Positions 55,354 through 64,000 of a DNA stretch of 64,000 bases are shown here, one piece after another. The notes under the pieces are model-generated. The model was not told the DNA's origin. It did no database searches and was given only the letters and a program-made list of their open reading frames with translations. A program made the position numbers and the translations under genes. The DNA lies in the NCBI GenBank assembly GCA_964291215.2, contig OZ219791.1, positions 3,072,001 through 3,136,000 on the forward strand. Direction: 5' to 3'. This DNA is from Alphaproteobacteria bacterium (lineage in GTDB: Bacteria > Pseudomonadota > Alphaproteobacteria > MPNO01 > UBA830). Position 1 is the stretch's first letter, and every line of letters begins with the position of its first letter.

Positions 55354-56319
55354 ATGCACGCATTGTTCAGGTCTATGTTGCTGGCAGGCACGGCCGCGGC
55401 CGTCGCCGCCGGCCCGGCGCTTGCCGCTGACAAGGTACGGCTGATTCTCAGCACCAAGGTCGTCTTTGAAATGGAACACGGCTACGCGGCCAAGGAAAAC
55501 GGCATCTTCAAGAAGCACAACCTTGACGTGTCGATTATCCACGGATCGGGCGGCGCCGCGACGCTTCAGACAATCATCACCGGCAGCCAGGATATCGCCT
55601 TCGGCGTCGGCTCGCTGTCCGTCATGGGCGCCTTTGCCAAGGGTGCGCCGGTGCGGGTGCTCGGCAGCACGAAACGCGGCGCCGGCGACTTGTACTGGTA
55701 CGTGAAGTCCGACAGCAAGATCATGAAGCTTCAGGATCTTGGGCCAAGTGACGGGCTTGCCTATTCACGGCCGGGCTCGACCACTCACCTGGCGACGCTG
55801 TTCCTCAAGGACTCGCTGAATCTCAAGGCCAAGCTGGTTTCGACCGGCGGACCGCCGAGTTCGCGCACCCAGGTGATGTCGGGGCAGGTCGCCACCGGCT
55901 GGTCGGTGTTTCCGCTGAACGCGAATCTCCTTCGCGAAAAAAAGATCCGCGTTGTCGGTACCGGCAGCCAGGCAGAAGACCTTGAGGGGCTGACGATTCG
56001 CATGATCGCGGCCAACTCGAACTGGCTCGACAAGAACCGAGATGTCGCAAAGCGCTTCATCGCGGCGATGAAGGAGGGCCAGAAGATCTCCTATACCAGC
56101 GAGAAGCAGATGAAGGCCTATGCCAAGCGCTGGAACCTCGACTACAACGATCTGGGCGACATGGCCAAGTTCGTGCCGCTCGACCAGTCGACCTTCCTGC
56201 CGATCGGCAAGATCGACATGCTCAACGAGCTGTCGCTCAAGTACAAGCGGATCAATAAGCTGCTGACCAAGGAACAGCTTCAAGAACTGGTCCATCCGGA
56301 CGGTAACAAGCCGTCCTGA
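55354..56319 (+). CDS. NitT/TauT-family ABC substrate-binding protein
   Basis: Signal peptide (ALA-ADKV), GIFKKHNLDV, SRPGSTTH. Confidence 0.88.
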   Translation: MHALFRSMLLAGTAAAVAAGPALAADKVRLILSTKVVFEMEHGYAAKENGIFKKHNLDVSIIHGSGGAATLQTIITGSQDIAFGVGSLSVMGAFAKGAPVRVLGSTKRGAGDLYWYVKSDSKIMKLQDLGPSDGLAYSRPGSTTHLATLFLKDSLNLKAKLVSTGGPPSSRTQVMSGQVATGWSVFPLNANLLREKKIRVVGTGSQAEDLEGLTIRMIAANSNWLDKNRDVAKRFIAAMKEGQKISYTSEKQMKAYAKRWNLDYNDLGDMAKFVPLDQSTFLPIGKIDMLNELSLKYKRINKLLTKEQLQELVHPDGNKPS

Positions 56320-56368
56320 CGCGGACCGGCATGATCGCGGCAGTTCCACCATGCGGTGGTGACGTCTC

Positions 56369-57121
56369 GTGAAAGGGCTCTCGCGGTCTCCGGTCCTGGT
56401 CGGCCTGCTCGGGGTGCTGGCGCTTGCGCTGGTCCTTGAGCTGGCCGTGTCCCAGGGCCTGGTGATGGAGCTTATCGTGCCGCGTCCGTCTGATGCGGTT
56501 TTGGCGTTCCCGCCGGTACACGCCGAGATGGACCTGTTCGGCAACTTCCTGGTTACTCTCGGCATGACCGCCGCCGCTACCGGACTTGCGATCGTCGTCG
56601 GCGTGCCGTTCGGTTATTTCCTCTATCGCAGCGCCCGCTACGGGCTCGCCTATGAAGGCTGGCTCGCGGCTGCCTTCGCCGCGCCAACGATCCTGCTCTA
56701 CCCGCTGTTCCTCGTCATTTTCGGACGCACCCATATGACCCTGATAGCGATGGGGTTCATCCCGGGTTCGATTCCCATCATCATTCAGACCCGTCAGGGG
56801 CTTCTCGGGGTGTCGCGGACGCTGGTAAATGTCGGGCGCAGCTTCAACATCTCGGACCGCGAGATGTTCTGGAAGATCCAGCTTCCGAGCGCGGTTCCTA
56901 CCATCTTCACCGGCATCCGCATTGGCGTGATGTACACGCTGGTCAATATCGTGGCGATCGAGTACCTGGTCGATTTCGGCGGCCTTGGCCGCATCGTTTC
57001 GGAAATGTACTTTCGATTTGATACGCCGGGCACCTATGCGAGCATACTGAGCGTGATTCTGGTCAGCGTTTTCTTCTACTGGGGATTTGGAAGGATCGAG
57101 AAATGGCTCAGACCGGTTTGA
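56369..57121 (+). CDS. NitT/TauT-family ABC permease
   Basis: TM helices; LPSAVPTIFTGIRIG..AIEY..GGLG. Confidence 0.9.
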   Translation: MKGLSRSPVLVGLLGVLALALVLELAVSQGLVMELIVPRPSDAVLAFPPVHAEMDLFGNFLVTLGMTAAATGLAIVVGVPFGYFLYRSARYGLAYEGWLAAAFAAPTILLYPLFLVIFGRTHMTLIAMGFIPGSIPIIIQTRQGLLGVSRTLVNVGRSFNISDREMFWKIQLPSAVPTIFTGIRIGVMYTLVNIVAIEYLVDFGGLGRIVSEMYFRFDTPGTYASILSVILVSVFFYWGFGRIEKWLRPV

Positions 57122-57969
57122 TGGCCAGACTCACGGGCGGCGATGAAGCCTCCGTCGAGCGCATTCGGGTGGTGACGGTCATCGCACTGTTCGCCGCATG
57201 GGAGATCTTCGCGACCCTGGGCACTGTCGGGATCTTCTACGAGGACGTGATCCCCCATATCTGGACGATCCTGATCGCGGTCGGAGCGGAGATCATGTCG
57301 GCGAGTTTCTACCGCGATCTCGGCATCACGTTTGCCGAGCATATCGTCGGTTTCGTCGCCGGATCGATCATCGCGCTGTTTCTCGGCATCTGGATGGGAT
57401 CGAGTTCCCTGCTTCGCGGTGCGCTTGAGCCCTATCTCAATGCAATCGGGTCGACGCCGAAGATCATATTCCTGCCGATCCTGTTTCTGATGTTCGGAAC
57501 CGGCATCGAATCGAAGATGGCGAAGGGTGCCCTGTCGGCCTTCTTCCCGGTGGTCTTTACCACGACGCTCGGCATGATCCTGATCAGCCCGGTACTGATC
57601 CGGGTCGGAAGGAGTTTCAATCTCGGGAGCTTCCAGATGATCACCAAGGTCTACATCCCCGCGATGCTCAACCCGGTGATCACCGGTCTGCGCCTCGGCG
57701 TGGCGATCACTGTGATCGGCGTTCTCGTGGCCGAGCTCAAGTTCGCCGACGGCGGTCTCGGCTACCGCCTCGGCATCTATTACGAACAGTTCCGGATCGC
57801 CCCCATGTACGCGATCATCCTCATCATCTTCTTCCTCGCTGCGGTTGCCAACATGGGAATGACGCGGCTCCAGGATCGCGTCAACCGGCACATGGCGCCG
57901 ACGGTTGCCAAGGGCAGAAAGGCAAGGGTCTCGGCCTCCGGCGGCCTCGGTGTGGTCGCCACGAACTGA
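57121..57969 (+). CDS. NitT/TauT-family ABC permease
   Basis: TPKIIFLP, ITGLRLG..VAEL..GGLG. Confidence 0.9.
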   Translation: MARLTGGDEASVERIRVVTVIALFAAWEIFATLGTVGIFYEDVIPHIWTILIAVGAEIMSASFYRDLGITFAEHIVGFVAGSIIALFLGIWMGSSSLLRGALEPYLNAIGSTPKIIFLPILFLMFGTGIESKMAKGALSAFFPVVFTTTLGMILISPVLIRVGRSFNLGSFQMITKVYIPAMLNPVITGLRLGVAITVIGVLVAELKFADGGLGYRLGIYYEQFRIAPMYAIILIIFFLAAVANMGMTRLQDRVNRHMAPTVAKGRKARVSASGGLGVVATN

Positions 57970-57987
57970 CTGAAAGGGCAACGGGAA

Positions 57988-58359
57988 ATGGCGAGAAAAG
58001 AACTCTTCGTAGCGAAACAGGCGGACCTGCCGGATGGCGAGCGCAAGATCGTGCCCAACGGCAACTACGAGATCGGCGTCTACCGGGTCAACGGGGAACT
58101 CCACGCCTACCGCAACGTCTGTCCGCATCAGGGCGGCCCCGCGTGCGAGGGGCTGCTGATGGCCAAGGTCGAGGAGGTCATTGCCGAGGACAAGACCTAT
58201 CAGGGCATGAGGTTCAATCACGACGAGATGCATATCGTCTGCCCGTGGCATGGCTGGGAGTTCGATCTCAGGACGGGCGACATGGTCGCTGACCGCAAGT
58301 TCCGGTTGCGCAAGCACGATGTCGTGGAAAGGGACGACGGGATATATGTCGTCGCCTGA
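57988..58359 (+). CDS. Rieske [2Fe-2S] ferredoxin
   Basis: CPHQGGP...CPWHGWEFD. Confidence 0.93.
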   Translation: MARKELFVAKQADLPDGERKIVPNGNYEIGVYRVNGELHAYRNVCPHQGGPACEGLLMAKVEEVIAEDKTYQGMRFNHDEMHIVCPWHGWEFDLRTGDMVADRKFRLRKHDVVERDDGIYVVA

Positions 58360-58705
58360 GGACACGTCGCCGTTCCACGGCGAGGCGACCGAACGCATCG
58401 CCTCGGAGATCGGCAGTCCGCTCGCCGATGTCGATGCGGAGACCGTGAAACTCAAGGCGCTGGCCGGGAGGATCGCGGCGCTCGGCGAGGGCGAGAGCCC
58501 GTCGCCGGAAATGATTGCGGAGGGGCTGACGATACTGACACGCCTCTATACAGTGCACTACCAGCAGGGCGAACGCTGGGACCCGCTCGTGGGCGGCCGC
58601 GCGATGCCGGTCACGGCGGTGATGATCATGACGACCGCGATGCTGAAGTCGGTGAACATCGAACTGTTCGAATTGGGCATGTGGCAGGCTTGGTCGACCG
58701 GTTGA
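58346..58705 (+). CDS. Small hypothetical protein coupled to Rieske and amidohydrolase genes
   Basis: Overlaps Rieske stop; C-terminal TAVMIMTTAMLKSVNIELFELGMWQAW. Confidence 0.7.
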   Translation: MSSPEDTSPFHGEATERIASEIGSPLADVDAETVKLKALAGRIAALGEGESPSPEMIAEGLTILTRLYTVHYQQGERWDPLVGGRAMPVTAVMIMTTAMLKSVNIELFELGMWQAWSTG

Positions 58706-58731
58706 CGGGCGTCCGCGCGGCGCCGGGGAGC

Positions 58732-59970
58732 ATGAAAATGGAAATTCCCACAGATCACCTTCACAAGATGGCTGTCGAGGAATTCGACACCTCGAAGCTT
58801 CTGATCAATGCGGCGCGCCAGCGCGATCAGCGCAAGTTCGAGGATGTCCTGATCATCGACTGCGACTGCCATCACTACGAGAACGAATCGATCAAGGACA
58901 TCGTCGAGTTCATTGAGGATCCCGTTCTCCGCCGCACCGGGCAGGTCTATACCAGCGCCGGCACGGGCGCGAACAGCCCGTTCATGATGGGCAGCCCGGG
59001 CGCCCAAGATGTCGCCGGGCGCGTGACCCGCTATCCGCTGCGCAAGCTGGAAAAGACGCCGGAAGACGACACACATCGCGATATCCATCTATCGCTCCGG
59101 TGGATGGACGCCATGGGCGTCGATTACGCCATGCTGTTTCCGACCCCGATGCTGCTTCTCGGCCTCCATCCGGTGCCCGAATACGAGGTCGGCATGGCCC
59201 GGGCCTACAACCGGTGGCTGACGGAGAAGATCCTGGTCGAGGAAAAGCGCCTCAAGACGATGCTCTATCTCCCGTTCAACGATCCGGACGCCACCTACAA
59301 GATGGTCCAGGATTTTGGCGGCGCGGAGGGCGTGTGCGGCTTCATGGTGGTGTCGACGCGCTACAAGCCGGTCTATGACAACAGCTACATGAAGACCTAT
59401 TCGCTGATCGAGGAGATGGGCAAGCCGCTGGCGTTCCACGGGTCCTACAGCTGGAATGACCAGTTGCTTGGCAACACCAACCGGTTTCTGGTAACCCACG
59501 CACTCGGCTTCACCGTCTTCAATGCGGTACATCTCTCGAACTGGATCGTCAACGGCCTGCCCGAGCGTTTTCCGAACCTCGACGTGATGTGGATAGAATC
59601 GGGGCTGGCCTGGGTTCCATGGCTGATGCAGCGGCTGGACAACGACTACCGCATGCGCTCCTCGGAGGCGCCGCTCCTCAAGCGCCTGCCCAGTGAATAC
59701 ATGCGCGAGATGTACTACTCCTCGCAGCCGATGGAGATGCCGCACGATCTCGAAGTCCTCGAGATGACTTTCAAGATGATCAACGCCGAGACCCAGCTCT
59801 GCTGGTGCTCGGACTATCCGCACTGGGACATGGACCTGCCGAGCGTGATCTACGACCTGCCGTTCCTCTCCGAGCAGCAGAAGCGGAACATCCTCGGCGA
59901 GAATTCGCGGCGGTTATACGGCATGGACGTCAGCGACCGTTTCCCGAACTACCAGATGGCGGCGGAATAG
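58732..59970 (+). CDS. Amidohydrolase_2-fold metalloprotein (possible dinuclear oxygenase)
   Basis: IIDCDCHHYE, LFPT, YNRWL, AFH, GLPERFPNL..WIESG, SDYPHWD. Confidence 0.88.
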   Translation: MKMEIPTDHLHKMAVEEFDTSKLLINAARQRDQRKFEDVLIIDCDCHHYENESIKDIVEFIEDPVLRRTGQVYTSAGTGANSPFMMGSPGAQDVAGRVTRYPLRKLEKTPEDDTHRDIHLSLRWMDAMGVDYAMLFPTPMLLLGLHPVPEYEVGMARAYNRWLTEKILVEEKRLKTMLYLPFNDPDATYKMVQDFGGAEGVCGFMVVSTRYKPVYDNSYMKTYSLIEEMGKPLAFHGSYSWNDQLLGNTNRFLVTHALGFTVFNAVHLSNWIVNGLPERFPNLDVMWIESGLAWVPWLMQRLDNDYRMRSSEAPLLKRLPSEYMREMYYSSQPMEMPHDLEVLEMTFKMINAETQLCWCSDYPHWDMDLPSVIYDLPFLSEQQKRNILGENSRRLYGMDVSDRFPNYQMAAE

Positions 59971-60036
59971 CTGCATCCGGAGCGACGACGCGTCGGTTCG
60001 CAGGCTGGTGGTTCGCCAACGAACGGAGTTGCAACC

Positions 60037-61356
60037 ATGAGCACTAACGTCAGGTTGCAGGAACTGGCAGAGCCTCGGGACACGCTCACCGAAGGACTCG
60101 TCGCGTTGATCCGCAACAGGCCCGTCGGACAGGCGGATCTCGATGCGACGGCGCTCCTTGTTCTGGACGGCGTCGCCAACATGCTGGCGGGGCGCCGGAC
60201 CGAACCGGGGCGGAAGCTCCTCGCCTTTCTCGAACGCCATCCGGGAGACGTCGGACGGCGCGCCCTCGTGATGGGCGGTCTGATGCATATTCTCGAAGTC
60301 GACGACCTGCACAAGGCGTCCGTCGTGCATCCGGCGTGCGTGACCATTCCGGCGGCGCTCGCGCTGGCATCCGAGACCGGCGCAGGCGGGCGCGACTTTC
60401 TTGAGGCGGTGCTTTTCGGCTACGAGGCCTGCGCCCGAGTCGGCATGTCGGTTGGCGGCGGCCATTACAGGACTTGGCACAATACCGGAACCTGCGGGAC
60501 GTTTGGCGGAACCATGACAGCTGCGCAGATGCTCTGGCTGTCGGACGGCGAGGTGGTGCACGCGCTCGGCAACGCAGGTACGCAGTCCGCCGGGCTGTGG
60601 GAGTTTCTCGACACCGGTGCGATGAGCAAGCACCTTCATGCCGGCCGTGCGGCAGAAGCCGGCGTGGTCTCCGCCGAACTGGCGGCGCTCGGTTTTACCG
60701 GACCACCGGCGATTCTTGAAGGGCCCCGAGGCCTCTATGCCGGCGCCTGTCCGGATCCGGATCCCGGTGCGGTGCTGCGCGATCCGGACAGCCCGTGGCA
60801 GGTGCATCTGACCTCGATAAAGCCGTGGCCGTCCTGCAGGCATACTCATCCCGCCGTCGACGCGGCATTGGAGTTGGCTGGCAGGGTCGACATGTCGGCG
60901 GTGGAGCGGGTCGAGATATCAACCTATCAGGCGGCTATCGATGTCTGCGACCGGCCGTCCCCGGAGAGCGAGTACGAGGCCAAGTTCTCGCTGCAGCACT
61001 GCGTTGCAATCTCTCTGCTCGACGGGAAGTGCGAGTTCGCGTCCTTCGGTCCTGAGGCGCGGGCACGTGCGGCCGGACTGTGCGCGGCGACCGAGGTCCG
61101 GGCAGGAGACACCTACAGCGAGGCGTACCCGCGGGACTGGGGCGGAGAGGTCACGGTCCGTCTCGCCGGAGGCGGGGCGGTGACGGCCGCGCGCGGCGCT
61201 TGCAAGGGCGATCCTGAGGCAGCCCTCTCTCGTGACGAGATGATAGCCAAGGCGGGAATCCTGCTGGCGTTCGCCGGGTTCAACGATGCGGACCGCCTTG
61301 TCGCCGATCTGCTGGCGATGGCATCGGGCGGAGCCGTCCCCGAAATCGCGCTCTGA
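60037..61356 (+). CDS. MmgE/PrpD family protein
   Basis: HILEVDDLH..HP, WHNTGTCG, KHLHAG, IKPWPSCRHTH, AKFSL, KGDP. Confidence 0.92.
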   Translation: MSTNVRLQELAEPRDTLTEGLVALIRNRPVGQADLDATALLVLDGVANMLAGRRTEPGRKLLAFLERHPGDVGRRALVMGGLMHILEVDDLHKASVVHPACVTIPAALALASETGAGGRDFLEAVLFGYEACARVGMSVGGGHYRTWHNTGTCGTFGGTMTAAQMLWLSDGEVVHALGNAGTQSAGLWEFLDTGAMSKHLHAGRAAEAGVVSAELAALGFTGPPAILEGPRGLYAGACPDPDPGAVLRDPDSPWQVHLTSIKPWPSCRHTHPAVDAALELAGRVDMSAVERVEISTYQAAIDVCDRPSPESEYEAKFSLQHCVAISLLDGKCEFASFGPEARARAAGLCAATEVRAGDTYSEAYPRDWGGEVTVRLAGGGAVTAARGACKGDPEAALSRDEMIAKAGILLAFAGFNDADRLVADLLAMASGGAVPEIAL

Positions 61357-61979
61357 CAGCGATGGCGGCGGAGCCGGGTTAACTGAAGCATCTGTCAAGC
61401 GGAATCGGGGGGCTTCCTGATCGGCGGTCGTGCGACGGCTGTCTGTTCCGGATTCGGAAGGCTGACGTTGCTGCCGGATCGCTGATGCTGTTCGGCGGTC
61501 TGACCGGACAGCACATGACGTCGCATTACGACCTCTCCCCGACGGGTCGAATTCCTGCTCTCCATCTGATCTCTCTCCCTTCCGGACAGGTGGCCTCGAT
61601 AAACTGGTCCACCGACATGATCATTTGGGGTATCTACTCACCCCTTCTGATGACGAATCGCTTTTCCTGACGGGGTTCGGATTCGGCATTTTCTCTTGCT
61701 TCCTTCACTCGCTCACTGCCGATGACCGCATGTGCGGGTTCCGGCTGGCAGGAAGCGGTTGGTCTTCGGCTTGAGCTCCACTTTCCGGCCTTTTTTGGGG
61801 AGGGGTCTGCAAGCGATCCGACACCCCGCGCCGACATCGCGTGTCAACCGTGCTGTCCGGCGGTGCCAGTTCCGTTGGCTGCCTTTCCATTCCGCCGGAA
61901 ATTTCCGTTTGACACTGTAGGAGAAACATTCTGCAGGACTGGCCATCGGGGCGGATCGCGTCGGAGGCGGTGATGGCGG

Positions 61980-62600
61980 CATGGTAAGGATCGAAGGCGA
62001 CGACGGGTCTCTGCCAGGCGATCGTTGCGGCCATGCCGCCGCATGACGTGTACATCAAGGCGTTCCTTGGGGGCGGCGCGATCATGAAGCGCAAGCCGCC
62101 GGCACTGCGCAGCATCGGCCTCGACCGCCGGGCGATCGACACTTTCCGTTGCGACCACCCGGTCGAACTTCACCATGGCTGCGCCCTGCGCTTTCTCGAG
62201 ACCTTCGCGTTCCAGGGCTGCGAACTGGTCTACTGCGACCCGTGCAGTCGACGCGCAGATCGCAGCGCCGCTACCGCTTCGACTGCACGGACGACGACCA
62301 TGTTGCGCTCCTCGACATCCTGAAGTCGCTGCCGTGCCAGGTGATGATCTCCGGCTATCCCTCGCCGCTCTACGACACCCACCTCGCTGGCGGGCGCTCG
62401 GCCGAGATCCAGGTCAACAACCAGGCCTGCGTTGTCACCGAGAAGCTGTGGCTCAACTTCGTACCGGGCCGGCCGCACTGGCACAGCTGCGCGGGCAGAA
62501 ACTCGATCGACCGCCAGCGCATCAAACGCCTCGCAGAGAGCCGGGCGCGGCGCTGCCGGGCGCGATGCCCGAAGGCGAACGGCTTGCCGTGCTGGCGGCG
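61980..62600 (+). pseudogene. Small Dam/D12-class DNA adenine methyltransferase, frameshifted (second copy)
   Basis: GSKATTGLCQAIVAAMPPHDVYIKAFLGGGAIMKRKPPALRSIGLD..ELVYCDP; then HVALLDILKSLPCQVMISGYPSPLYD..TEKLWLNF. Confidence 0.8.
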
Positions 62601-63707
62601 ATTACGCAACCTGATGTCTGGAAATTGTCGTGAAGCTCTCAGTCATCGAGCTGTTCCCATTTGATGTATGCCTTGGTTTCGGTTTCCCATTTTTCGTCGA
62701 TGAGGACCGCGGTTGAGAGGCGCTCCAACGAGGCGAGGTTCGGAAAGACCCTGACTTTGGAGGTGCGCCGCTTGAGCTCTTGCTGGATCGGTCGCTCGAT
62801 GCCGTTCGAGGTTCGCATACGTTTGCGGTGAGCATCGGGCAAGGTGAAGACAGCGAGCCCCGCATTCTTTTCCAGCCAGTCTGCGAAGCTTGGATGCTTG
62901 TCGCGATAGCTGGCCACGAGGGCGCCCAGTTCAGCCTCGGCGGTTTGGAGTGAGGACGCATGGCTCCGAGCTGTTTTCCAATACGTTTCCTGATGTCGTT
63001 GTTCGGTGCACGGCGTTTTGCGCCAGGTGGAACTGGCAGCGCTGCCATGTCGCCGCGCCCAGCACCGCGCGTCGTGCTGCTTTCAGCCCAGCATGGTCAT
63101 CCGAGACGATGAAGGTCGTACCATGCAGGGCTAGCAAGCTTTCCAGGAAGGCTCTCCAATGGACCTCGGTCTCGGAGAGCGCCACAGAGAGCCCCAGAAC
63201 GTGCCTGCAGCCCCTATTCCGATGGCCGAGAGTACTGCGACATCGCGCACAACGCCGTCATGGCGGGCTTTTTCATAGCGCGCATCCAGGTATTTCATCA
63301 GGGGCCGGTTGCGCGGCGAGTTCTTCATCGAGCAACCTGGTGGCCCCCTGAGAAGAGGACAGGCTCCCGAACTCGCGCATTACATCCTGCCGCGTGGAAA
63401 CACCCTTGATGTACATCTCGGCTACGGCGCGAGAAGATCGCTGGCCGCGTTCAAGCGACTGGGGGATCGTCCCCGTGACCGTTTGGCACCTGAACGGCAA
63501 CAGGGGGGTGTCGATCCGTTTGTAGCCGTTGGCATAGCCCTGTCGCTCCGGTGTCCGTTCGTAGTGGCCCGCTTTCAAGTACTGCTCGCGCTCGATTTGC
63601 ATCGCAAGCTCGAAGAGCTGACCAAAGACCCGCCCCAGATCCGTTGCTCCGTTTGCGATCAGATGTTCCAAAACGGCCTCAATCGTCGTAGTGTGTCGCA
63701 GCTCCAT
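62601..63707 (-). mobile_element. IS256-family element, pseudogenised
   Basis: EREQYLKAGHYERTPERQGYANGY, EMYIKGVSTR, YLDARYEK, VSDDHAGL, WQRCQFHL, RTSNGIER. Confidence 0.9.
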
Positions 63708-63839
63708 TCGCTTCCTCCATGAATGTTTTTCAACTCCATGGGATAGCACGATGGCGCCGCGTTTCACTGGGGGGCTAGCCCTCGCATGTCACGGAAATTT
63801 TAGCTGAACAACGGTGTTTCGGCGTGGCATAAGTGTCCC

Positions 63840-64000
63840 ATGTCACAGTCTCAGATCAGCCGCACATTGCGGGACGAGGCAGCAGTTGCGCGGATCGCGT
63901 CGCTGCTGTCCTGTGAGCAGTTCGACAGCCGGTCGGCTCTGGGTCGTCTGCGAGGAGTTTGCCTTTGTCGACGCGCGCGGCCGTCTGCAGCTTGCCGGCT
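63840..64000 (+). mobile_element. N-terminus of a long IS4-family transposase (type that typically carries DUF4338); truncated by window edge
   Basis: MSQSQISRTLRDEAAVARIASLL..FDSRSALGR / CEEFAFVDARGRLQLAG; recognised by resemblance only. Confidence 0.5.

Overview
GC-rich alphaproteobacterial chromosome segment (gyrA-coaD-tRNA-Lys block; the adhesin and IS load suggest a host-associated organism, by inference). Three parts: (1) 1-18.4 kb intact catabolic and housekeeping genes (CocE/NonD hydrolase, isochorismatase-family amidase, XRE-cupin regulator, three-subunit Mo-hydroxylase, Tat-SBP ABC importer, PhyH dioxygenase, gyrA, coaD, tRNA-Lys, TctC), split at 2.1-4.4 kb by nested IS debris. (2) 18.5-47 kb decayed mobile island: remnant F-type conjugative element (MobF relaxase, TraD, TraG, ParB stub, AAA-DUF3150-vWA module), ISKra4, IS630, ISAs1, IS1634 and group II intron relics, with an intact RTX protein, a 1860-aa Fn3/Calx-beta autotransporter preceded by a C18 tract that would switch its reading frame, and a leaderless SBP-fold gene. 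(3) 47.4-61.4 kb intact co-oriented cluster: three tandem UbiD decarboxylases, a ThDP enzyme, a NitT/TauT ABC importer, Rieske ferredoxin + small protein + amidohydrolase-fold (probable dinuclear oxygenase) and MmgE/PrpD, then more IS debris. Best candidates for undescribed biology: the triple-UbiD/oxygenase pathway, IS elements carrying DNA-modification-type domains (DUF4338, mini Dam-like MTase), and the putative phase-variable adhesin. All calls come from motif recognition by eye; no database searches were run.
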